Part shown: in pieces, positions 38,487 to 46,252 of the stretch
How the letters are laid out: each line of letters starts with the position of its first letter
Position numbering within the stretch: position 1 is the stretch's first letter
Source: Bdellovibrionales bacterium
GTDB taxonomy: Bacteria > Bdellovibrionota_G > JALEGL01 > JAGRMV01
NCBI GenBank assembly: GCA_020434345.1
Contig: JAGRAZ010000002.1
Coordinates: 1 to 61,734, forward strand
Length of the DNA stretch: 61,734 nucleotides
Direction of reading: 5' to 3'
Position numbers and translations under genes: made by a program
Notes under the pieces: generated by a model
Databases searched by the model: none
Seen by the model: the letters and a program-made list of their open reading frames with translations, nothing else
Told to the model about the DNA's origin: nothing

Positions 38487-38965
38487 AAATCATCCCCCTT
38501 ATCTCGCTCTCCCTTAAGTGGGTAATCTTTCCGCTGAGGGTATACATCTGTTTCAGGAGGACTTAAAATTCTTTTGAGATTGGGGTGTCCTTGATATCGA
38601 ATCCCATACATGTCGAAAGACTCTCTCTCTTGCCAATCTGCCCCTTTCCAAAAGGGTGTAATGGATGGAATTGAAAATGTATCTTCAGGCACAATGACAC
38701 GTAGTCGGATGCGATGCTTTTGAGAAGATGAATAAAGATGAACCACACTTTCAAATCGTGGAGTCTTGGGGAAATAATCAACACCACACAGATCAACAAA
38801 ACGATCAAACTGACACTGAGAATCATTAAGTAAAAATTCAATCACTTCATGGGTATGCTTTCCGTCTATCTGAATCCAAAAATCATTGGAGATGACACCA
38901 GATGCACAAATAAACTTCGCAATTTCCTTTTCTATGTGCTTTTGTATTCTTGCATCAACAAGCAT
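38483..38965 (-). CDS. nuoC: NADH-quinone oxidoreductase subunit C (standalone, not fused to D)
   Basis: DLCGVDY, RFE.V.HL, W..A.W.ERE.FDMYGI...GHP.L.RIL, P.RKDYPL; ATG 38965 lies just after the nuoA stop. Confidence 0.93.
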   Translation of the reverse strand: MLVDARIQKHIEKEIAKFICASGVISNDFWIQIDGKHTHEVIEFLLNDSQCQFDRFVDLCGVDYFPKTPRFESVVHLYSSSQKHRIRLRVIVPEDTFSIPSITPFWKGADWQERESFDMYGIRYQGHPNLKRILSPPETDVYPQRKDYPLKGERDKGDDL

Positions 38966-38966
38966 A

Positions 38967-39335
38967 TTACTCCCACTCAAGCGCGCCACGTTTCCACGCA
39001 TAGAAAAACCCAACCACTAAAATAAGCAAAAAAACCACAAATTCAATTGCCAAAAATGTTCCACCCCAAGTTGACAGTTTATGCTTAAAAACAACCGCCC
39101 ATGGGAATAAAAGTGCTGCCTCAACATCCAAAAGTAAAAAAAAGATCGCAATGCGATGAAACTTCACAGGAAACTGTTTGGGTGAACCTACAGCTGGCAC
39201 GCCACATTCATAGGGCTCTTCCTTAATGCCACCTTTAACTGTTGGCCCCAACAAGTGACTCACAATAATCAAGCCAATTGGCACGAGTGTCGCGATGATC
39301 AAAAGAATCAAAACTGGTAGGTAAGAATGAATCAT
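38967..39335 (-). CDS. nuoA: NADH-quinone oxidoreductase subunit A
   Basis: K.EPYECG, FLLLDVEAALLFPWA, W.RGALEW. Confidence 0.96.
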   Translation of the reverse strand: MIHSYLPVLILLIIATLVPIGLIIVSHLLGPTVKGGIKEEPYECGVPAVGSPKQFPVKFHRIAIFFLLLDVEAALLFPWAVVFKHKLSTWGGTFLAIEFVVFLLILVVGFFYAWKRGALEWE

Positions 39336-39473
39336 AGTCCTTTAATTTCGAGGCCTTACTTATTATCCTTCCCTTGGAAAGTCAATCTTTGATCACCGCT
39401 TTGCACCATTGAGAACTGGGCTTTTGAACCTTTCTCGCTGTGCAAATGGCATTGGATCCGCTAGGATAAAAGC

Positions 39474-39866
39474 ATGTGGTTCTGCATTTTACTCACTTTT
39501 ATAAATTTTACTTTTGCCCAGGAGGTAAATGAGCCACTGCCAGAGCCAACCATCATTTTTTCAACCCCGAATGCATCCAATATGGACCTAGAGATGCCTG
39601 AAGAACAACAGGTCGTATTTACATTTGAAGGACAAGACAAACTTCTTGTGCCCAGTCGTGCCACACTCATTTCAGAAAATGGCAAAGAAATTGAGCTTGA
39701 TGCCCAAAAAGGGGTCATCAAAAAAACCCTCCCCTCAAAGCCCTACCTTCTTAAAACTTCCATCAATGGTAAAAAGGACATGACATTTAAAATAGACCTT
39801 TCTAAAAACTTGATGCCACAAGTATTGATAGAACTTTCCATCCCAGCCAAGAAAAAAGTCAAATGA
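39474..39866 (+). CDS. Small secreted beta-rich hypothetical protein (PEGA-like fold possible)
   Basis: Signal peptide ...FTFA|QE, Pro/Glu-rich linker, then predicted beta-strands; sits directly upstream of the kinase. Confidence 0.55.
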   Translation: MWFCILLTFINFTFAQEVNEPLPEPTIIFSTPNASNMDLEMPEEQQVVFTFEGQDKLLVPSRATLISENGKEIELDAQKGVIKKTLPSKPYLLKTSINGKKDMTFKIDLSKNLMPQVLIELSIPAKKKVK

Positions 39867-39913
39867 TTTTTGTAAGTTCTACTTTTTACCGTTAGTATGT
39901 AGGCATAAACAAC

Positions 39914-42463
39914 ATGGGTACTTTTTCTCCACAGTTTTTCGGACCATTTTATCTGATTCGCCAAATCGGCAAAGGCGGAACAGCGGAAGTTTTTTTGGGT
40001 GTTGTCACGCAGTCATTTGATGAAAAAAATCCTCGAAAATCAATGTATGCCATTAAGAGACTGTTGCCCACATTATCTACCGAAAAAAGTTTCATTCAGT
40101 GCTTAACAAGTGAAGCCAAACTTGCAAGCCTACTACAACACCCAAATATTGTTTCTGTTTCTGACCTAGGCAATGTTGGAACCGATTACTATGTAAGCAT
40201 GGAGTGGATCAATGGAAAAAGTCTTTTTGACATCCTTAAAAACGTAAAACAGAAAAAGAAAGCCATATCTACTCATTATCTACTACATATCTGCTTTGAG
40301 ATTTCAAAAGGTCTCGATTTTGCGCATCAAGCAAAGGATAGTGTTGGCCGAAGGTTGGACATTGTTCACTGTGACCTTTCTCCGCATAACATTTTGATTA
40401 GCTACAGCGGGAAAGTAAAACTTTCAGATTTTGGCATTGCCACTGCAGCCAAACAAAAAGAACAGATTATTGGTGATACTGTTTTTGGAAAAATTCATTA
40501 CATTTCACCAGAGCAAATTAGCCATAAAGGGTTTGATTATCGTGCCGATATTTATAGTTTTGGCGTCTTGCTTTATGAGTCTCTCACTTTCACAAAACCA
40601 TTTCGATCCAAATCTCAAATTGAGCTCCAACAGATGATTCGAAAGCAACCTCCTTCATTCGATCATCCAGCTTTTAAAGAAAATCCTAAAATCATGGAGT
40701 TTGCCAAAGCTTGTCTTGAAAAAGATGCCAAAAACAGACCCAATAGCCTTAACGAGTTTCAGGACTTGTATCTAGAAACACATCAAGAACATCAAGTTGA
40801 TGCTAAAAAAGTGGGCCGATTAATGCAGCATCTTTTTAAAAATGTCATTTTTGAAGAAAAAGCCCATTTAAAAAAATCCATAGAAAACTTGAAGGCTGCT
40901 ATAAAAAGAAAAAGTGATCAAGAAGACAAACTTGAATCTCTGAGGCAGCATGATCGCGTAGATAAAACAGAAATACTACCACAGGACCCTTCTGAAGGTG
41001 AAACCAAAGTCTTGTTCAAAGAAGACAGCAAGGAAGGACTGGGCAAAGTCGCACTTGAAAAAAAGAAAGTAATACGTGTCATACCCAAAATACCAATTGT
41101 AGAAGAAGTCTCTGCCCCTCCTCATGCACCTCCATCAAATGATGATGAGAGCATCGACGGCGAAGTAGATGCAAATTTATTTGATGTAGAAGGTGATTCC
41201 CTTACAGATGATCCGCTTCAAGCAAATGTAGATCTAGGTGAATTTAAACAAAATACTGACTTTGATGACGATGAAGAAACATATGTTTCAACAATCAAAG
41301 AAAGAAAAGAACCAAATAAACCTACTTTTCAAGAAAGTGATGACGAGTTTCCTAAAGACTATCAAACAGCAAAACTTGCAGCACCTGCTCCTGAATCTAC
41401 AAAAGAATCATTTAATATGTTTAACACTGTTCCTGAAGGCAACACTTCGGTTTTGAATAATGATAGCATCCCAGATTATTTGGTAGACAGACCTGATGCC
41501 ACAGTTGAAGCCAATCAAAAAACTGTTGAAGCCAACATTCTAGACAGTCCATATAGTAGTGAGGTCTTTTACCAAAGTGAGCAAGCGCCTATTGACCTTC
41601 AAAAAAAAGAAGTACATTTTACCAACAGCCTTAAGCCCATCACTTCCTTTCCCAATGAGGACACATTTAACTTTTCTATTCCAAAATCTTGGATACGACT
41701 TGGTATACCATTTTTACTAATGTTTGCTGTTATCTATCTTGGCGTAAAACTAATCAGAGATTACAAACTATTTCAAAACAATGCACCAATACACAATATT
41801 CAAATTTTTGTTTCTTCCGAAAGCGATGGTATTGAATTTTTTCGTTCAGATCAAACAACACTACAACCAGAATGGTTTCAAACAAAGATTGTGCAACCCG
41901 CAATGCATTTTCTGGATCAAGAATATCGTTTTTATCAAAATCAAGCCTTAGATCTACAGGTGACAACATTACAAATAAAAGCTTCGGATCCGCTTATTTT
42001 AGAAGAAAGTTTTTTAAAACCGTACCAAACGTATAATCAGCTTTTTTCAATTTTTCAAATTCCAGAAGAACAACATCAAAAAGATGATGCTCGACTTTTT
42101 GTTCATCTTTTTCATATGAAAAACGAACACCGAATGTATCCATTTCAGTTTTCAGGTAGATCTCCAGCGCATCAACACTTAACTTTTTTACCCATTAACC
42201 AAAGTATCAACGAAACACAAGTTATGCTTGTACATCAAATCCTTCGTTTAATGGGGGCCAAAGTATTAACCAGTACAAAAGGTCACCCACTCTTCCCTGA
42301 AGGCTATGCAGACCCAACACAAAAACCACTTCATCCACAAAGCAAAGGCGAAATCATGACATTAATGATTCCACAATCACCGACTGAATCATACCTACTT
42401 GACGATCTTTCGTTTGCCAAAGTGGGCAAGTCCACTGCAAAACAAATTGGTTGGGCTAAATAA
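39914..42463 (+). CDS. Hanks-type Ser/Thr protein kinase with acidic linker, one TM helix and an extracytoplasmic domain
   Basis: IGKGGTAEVF, AIKRL, SEAKL, HCDLSPHN, SDFGIA, GKIHYISPEQ, DIYSFG; TM LGIPFLLMFAVIYLGVKLI at about 41700-41757. Confidence 0.93.
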   Translation: MGTFSPQFFGPFYLIRQIGKGGTAEVFLGVVTQSFDEKNPRKSMYAIKRLLPTLSTEKSFIQCLTSEAKLASLLQHPNIVSVSDLGNVGTDYYVSMEWINGKSLFDILKNVKQKKKAISTHYLLHICFEISKGLDFAHQAKDSVGRRLDIVHCDLSPHNILISYSGKVKLSDFGIATAAKQKEQIIGDTVFGKIHYISPEQISHKGFDYRADIYSFGVLLYESLTFTKPFRSKSQIELQQMIRKQPPSFDHPAFKENPKIMEFAKACLEKDAKNRPNSLNEFQDLYLETHQEHQVDAKKVGRLMQHLFKNVIFEEKAHLKKSIENLKAAIKRKSDQEDKLESLRQHDRVDKTEILPQDPSEGETKVLFKEDSKEGLGKVALEKKKVIRVIPKIPIVEEVSAPPHAPPSNDDESIDGEVDANLFDVEGDSLTDDPLQANVDLGEFKQNTDFDDDEETYVSTIKERKEPNKPTFQESDDEFPKDYQTAKLAAPAPESTKESFNMFNTVPEGNTSVLNNDSIPDYLVDRPDATVEANQKTVEANILDSPYSSEVFYQSEQAPIDLQKKEVHFTNSLKPITSFPNEDTFNFSIPKSWIRLGIPFLLMFAVIYLGVKLIRDYKLFQNNAPIHNIQIFVSSESDGIEFFRSDQTTLQPEWFQTKIVQPAMHFLDQEYRFYQNQALDLQVTTLQIKASDPLILEESFLKPYQTYNQLFSIFQIPEEQHQKDDARLFVHLFHMKNEHRMYPFQFSGRSPAHQHLTFLPINQSINETQVMLVHQILRLMGAKVLTSTKGHPLFPEGYADPTQKPLHPQSKGEIMTLMIPQSPTESYLLDDLSFAKVGKSTAKQIGWAK

Positions 42464-42466
42464 AGT

Positions 42467-43084
42467 CTATTTTTTCCAATGATCTGGGTCTTTTTGCCAC
42501 TGAAGAACTTTGCGAACATCTTCATCTTGAAGATAGGAATGTTCTTTTGCATATGCAATTAAGTCTTCTAACTCTAAAATTGTTTTTGCTTTGATTTCTG
42601 ATTCTTTTAGACGATGGGCTGTCGCTTCAAAATGATAAGAGAAAATAGCAACAAGATTTGTTACAAAAACATGCTCATCACGTAACGTATCAAGTGCTTG
42701 CAAGGATGATCCTGCTGTGCTGATGAGATCTTCAACAAGAACTGTTTCATCAACAACAAACTTACCTTCAATTAACTTTGAAGTACCATGGTTTTTTGCT
42801 TTGGTTCGTACATAAATCAAAGAAAGATTGAGTCGATCTGCAATCCAACAGGCCCATGGGATTCCTGCAGTAGCAACACCAGCAATTTGCTTGGTTTCTC
42901 GTGGGACGATGTCACAAAAGGCGTCTACAATCACTTTTCGGATATGCGGATCTGACATAAGCAAACGATTGTCACAATAAATCGGAGATTTGATTCCTGA
43001 AGAGAATGTGTAGGGTTTTTCAGGTGAAAAGGCAACTGCCCCTGTGTCTAACAGGATTTGCATGATTTTTTGCTTATCGGCCAT
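42467..43084 (-). CDS. pyrE: Orotate phosphoribosyltransferase
   Basis: FSSGIKSPIYCDNR, IAGVATAGIP, K.HG....IEG, LVEDLISTAGS. Confidence 0.95.
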   Translation of the reverse strand: MADKQKIMQILLDTGAVAFSPEKPYTFSSGIKSPIYCDNRLLMSDPHIRKVIVDAFCDIVPRETKQIAGVATAGIPWACWIADRLNLSLIYVRTKAKNHGTSKLIEGKFVVDETVLVEDLISTAGSSLQALDTLRDEHVFVTNLVAIFSYHFEATAHRLKESEIKAKTILELEDLIAYAKEHSYLQDEDVRKVLQWQKDPDHWKK

Positions 43085-43186
43085 ACGGTGTAGAATTTTC
43101 TAACGTATGGTTGATCAATTGTCATCTATAAAAGGTTTTCACTCCTTATAAAATAGGATATAAATGCACATCAGGGAGAACCCTGT

Positions 43187-44449
43187 ATGCATAAAAAATA
43201 TCCACTTTATAAACAAGCAACACAGCAATGGCAAAAAGCCGCTGATTTTTTTGAACTTGATCGAGACGTTCGAACCATTCTTTCCGAACCCAAAAATGAA
43301 ATATCGATCAATTTTCCTGTTCGAATGGACAACCATGAATTGCGGTTGTTCAGAGGCCACCGTATCCAACACAACAATATTTTAGGTCCGTTTAAAGGCG
43401 GTATTCGCTTTCATCCCCAAGTGGACCATGACGAAGTCAAGGCGCTTGCCGTATGGATGACATTTAAGTGTGCGCTCGTTGGTTTGCCTTTTGGCGGGGC
43501 CAAAGGCGGCGTCACTGTTGACCCTCGTGAACTTTCAAGCGGCGAGCTTATGCGACTTACACGCCGTTTCACACATGCGCTTGGCAACAACATTGGACCA
43601 GAATACGACATTCCTGCACCAGATGCTGGAACCAACGCTAAAACAATGGCCATTATTATGGATACATTCATGAACGCGCAAAATACAACCAATCGAAATG
43701 CGCAACGACACGTGGTCACAGGTAAGACATTGACAGTGGGTGGATCTTTGGGGCGAGAAAAAGCGACAGGTCAAGGCTTGGTTTATGTCTTAAGCTCTTG
43801 GGCCAAAGAGAACAATTTTGATCTTTCAAAGTGTACCTTTTCTGTTCAAGGGTATGGCAATGTGGGTTACCACGCAGCCAATATTTTAGAGAAGATGGGT
43901 GCATCCATGATTGCAGTGCAAGATCATACGGGATCTATCTTCAATCCAGATGGTATCTCTACGGAGGACTTAAAAAACTTTAATTTATCAGGCAACCCCA
44001 TTGTAGAGTTTGAAAACTGTGAGGTTATAGAGGACCATGAATTTTTGGGACTTCCTGTTGATGTCCTTATTCCTGCAGCCCTTGAAGGACAAATCCATGA
44101 GGAAAACGCTGGAAAAATCCAAGCCAAAGTCGTTGCTGAAGGTGCAAACGGTCCAACAACCATTGAAGGCGAGAATATTCTCAAAGACAAAGGCATTACA
44201 ATTCTTCCAGATCTATTGGCAAATTCTGGTGGTGTCACAGTGAGTTACTTTGAATGGACACAGAACAAGACCAGTTCTCAATGGCCATTAGAAGAAGTCG
44301 ATAGAAAGCTCAAAATCATTATGGATCAAGCGTACGCACAAACATCACAGATCTGTAAAGAAATGAAAACCGACTTTCGTACGGCTAGCTATATTGTGGC
44401 CCTTCGCCGCATTAGCTACGCCTACCAAGAACGCGGTATATTCCCCTAA
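43187..44449 (+). CDS. gdhA: Glu/Leu/Phe/Val dehydrogenase (glutamate dehydrogenase-like)
   Basis: GPFKGGIRFHP, KCALVGLPFGGAKGG, DIPAPD, QGYGNVG, EGANGP, NSGGVTVSYFEW. Confidence 0.9.
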   Translation: MHKKYPLYKQATQQWQKAADFFELDRDVRTILSEPKNEISINFPVRMDNHELRLFRGHRIQHNNILGPFKGGIRFHPQVDHDEVKALAVWMTFKCALVGLPFGGAKGGVTVDPRELSSGELMRLTRRFTHALGNNIGPEYDIPAPDAGTNAKTMAIIMDTFMNAQNTTNRNAQRHVVTGKTLTVGGSLGREKATGQGLVYVLSSWAKENNFDLSKCTFSVQGYGNVGYHAANILEKMGASMIAVQDHTGSIFNPDGISTEDLKNFNLSGNPIVEFENCEVIEDHEFLGLPVDVLIPAALEGQIHEENAGKIQAKVVAEGANGPTTIEGENILKDKGITILPDLLANSGGVTVSYFEWTQNKTSSQWPLEEVDRKLKIIMDQAYAQTSQICKEMKTDFRTASYIVALRRISYAYQERGIFP

Positions 44450-44520
44450 CCTTCTTTTTGTTTGATCCAGAATTCCTGTAAACCGGTTCCCCTGTATTCT
44501 TAAATTCCGAAGAAAAGAAT

Positions 44521-44557
44521 AAAAAAAGGCCCCAAGGGGTAAACCTAGGGGCTTTTT
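44521..44557. terminator. Bidirectional Rho-independent terminator
   Basis: AAAAAAAGGCCCC.AGG-GGTAAA-CCT.GGGGCTTTTT between convergent genes, with an A-tract on one side and a T-tract on the other. Confidence 0.8.
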
Positions 44558-44578
44558 AAAGAATTCTAAATATACGCT

Positions 44579-44755
44579 TTATGCTTTGTAGTTTGATACT
44601 AATGTACGGACGCCGAGCTTCTCAAAATCAACTTCGATTTTGCCTTTTTTGAGGTTCGCAATGACCTTACCTTTACCGAAAAAAGGGTGTTCAATCATCT
44701 CGCCGATTTGAAAACGTTGGTCCATTGAATATTCACGTGTTTCTGTTGCTTGCAT
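44579..44755 (-). CDS. 58-aa standalone Tudor/SH3-like protein (PcrA/UvrD C-terminal or DUF3553-like); not in ORF track
   Basis: MQATETREYSMDQRFQIGEMIEHPFFGKGKVIANLKKGKIEVDFEKLGVRTLVSNYKA*; SD AGGAG upstream, its own promoter and a terminator. Confidence 0.75.
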   Translation of the reverse strand: MQATETREYSMDQRFQIGEMIEHPFFGKGKVIANLKKGKIEVDFEKLGVRTLVSNYKA

Positions 44756-44789
44756 AACTTGCCCATCTCCTTTTTAATTGCTGTGCCCT

Positions 44790-44818
44790 TCTTTACCATA
44801 GAATCGCGATTGCGTCAA
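44790..44818 (-). promoter_or_regulatory. Putative sigma70 promoter for the 58-aa gene
   Basis: TTGACG-17 nt-TAAAGA with TGn extension. Confidence 0.45.
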
Positions 44819-44854
44819 TGGATTCATTGCGCTGCCATACATGTAGTGCATGCC

Positions 44855-46189
44855 TTAGGGTGCAACAACAGCGCGCATAGAATTAGGATATGTGTCTGTA
44901 ATTACTACATTTTGTAGCGTACCCATCCACGCTTTAGGTCCTTCAAAATTGACCGTGCGGTGTGTTTGGGTTTTTCCAGAAAGCCATCCCTCACCTTGCT
45001 TCTTGGGGGTACCATCGACCAGAACTTCCACAGCTTGATCAAGATAGGCTTTGCTATGTCGATCATGGATTTCTTGCTGTAGGGATTGAAGTCGTATCAA
45101 ACGTTCTCCAGCGACTTCTTTTTCTATAAACTGCTCTTTCCATTTGGCAGCCTTGGTGTTGGGCCTTGGTGAATACATAAAGGAATAGCTTTGATCAAAA
45201 TCAAACTCTTTAACTGCATTCAATGTTTGTTGAAAATCTTCTTCCGTCTCTCCGGGAAAACCAACAATGATATCAGTTCGCAATGATAAATTTGGAATTC
45301 GTTTTCGCATATAATCATGCAACCTGCGATATTGGTCTATATGATATTCTCGCTCCATCAAATCCAAAATGCGATCAGACCCACTTTGGATTGGTAAATG
45401 AATATCATTACATAACTCTTTTGTATCAGCGATGACATCAATCATTTCAAAATCAAATACATTTGGATGACTCGTTACAAACCGTACCCGTTCAATGCCA
45501 GAAATTGCAGCCACAGCAGATAGAAGTTTAGAAAACTTCATCTCACCCGTACGATCACTTCCATATGCATTCACATTTTGCCCTAGAAGATTAACCTCTT
45601 TCACACCGTGGTCCGCAAGTATTTCAATTTCACGCAAGATATCTTTGGCAGGTCTACTTACCTCTCGACCCCTGGTAAATGGCACCAAACAAAATGTACA
45701 AAAATGGTTACATCCATTTTGAATGGTTACGTTTTCTCGTACTGCATAGGGCTCTTCTGTTTTATCAAAAGGTAGAAATTTATAATTTTTCCATGAAGTC
45801 AGATCAATTTCCAACGAAGGTGTTTTGGTTTGTTGCACGTTAAAAACTAGATTTGGAAGTTGTGTCCATTGATGCGTTCCAAAAACAATATCAACATAGG
45901 GAAATCTCTCTTGAATTTCTTTACCTTTCATTTGCGCCATGCAGCCCCCTACAGCAATCACCATTTTGGGATTTCGTTCTTTGGCCTTTAACAGGCTTCC
46001 GATGGTCGACATGGCTTTTTGATCTGCTTTTTCTCGAATGGAACACGTATTAAAAAGAACAAGATCTGATGTCGTAGGATCCTCATTCCAGCTGTAGCCA
46101 TATTGATCATGGAAGAGTCGATACGTCCGGTCAGACTCATAGTCATTCATTTGACAGCCATAGGTCTGAATATTGATTGTTTTTGCCAT
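44855..46189 (-). CDS. miaB: tRNA-2-methylthio-N6-dimethylallyladenosine synthase
   Basis: TYGCQMN..DS, NTCSIREKA..K, GGCMAQ, radical SAM GCNHFCTFC.VP..RG.E.SR, C-terminal TRAM domain. Confidence 0.96.
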   Translation of the reverse strand: MAKTINIQTYGCQMNDYESDRTYRLFHDQYGYSWNEDPTTSDLVLFNTCSIREKADQKAMSTIGSLLKAKERNPKMVIAVGGCMAQMKGKEIQERFPYVDIVFGTHQWTQLPNLVFNVQQTKTPSLEIDLTSWKNYKFLPFDKTEEPYAVRENVTIQNGCNHFCTFCLVPFTRGREVSRPAKDILREIEILADHGVKEVNLLGQNVNAYGSDRTGEMKFSKLLSAVAAISGIERVRFVTSHPNVFDFEMIDVIADTKELCNDIHLPIQSGSDRILDLMEREYHIDQYRRLHDYMRKRIPNLSLRTDIIVGFPGETEEDFQQTLNAVKEFDFDQSYSFMYSPRPNTKAAKWKEQFIEKEVAGERLIRLQSLQQEIHDRHSKAYLDQAVEVLVDGTPKKQGEGWLSGKTQTHRTVNFEGPKAWMGTLQNVVITDTYPNSMRAVVAP

Positions 46190-46252
46190 AAGGTCGATCC
46201 TTATAACACACTTTCTAGGGGGGCAAAAGGCCTTACGAACTGCGCCCTACCC

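Noticed and set aside
39278-39293. sigma54-like TTGGCACGAGTGTCGC on the plus strand
   Set aside because: It lies inside nuoA coding sequence (IATLVPI codons), has a weak -12, and is plausibly coincidental.
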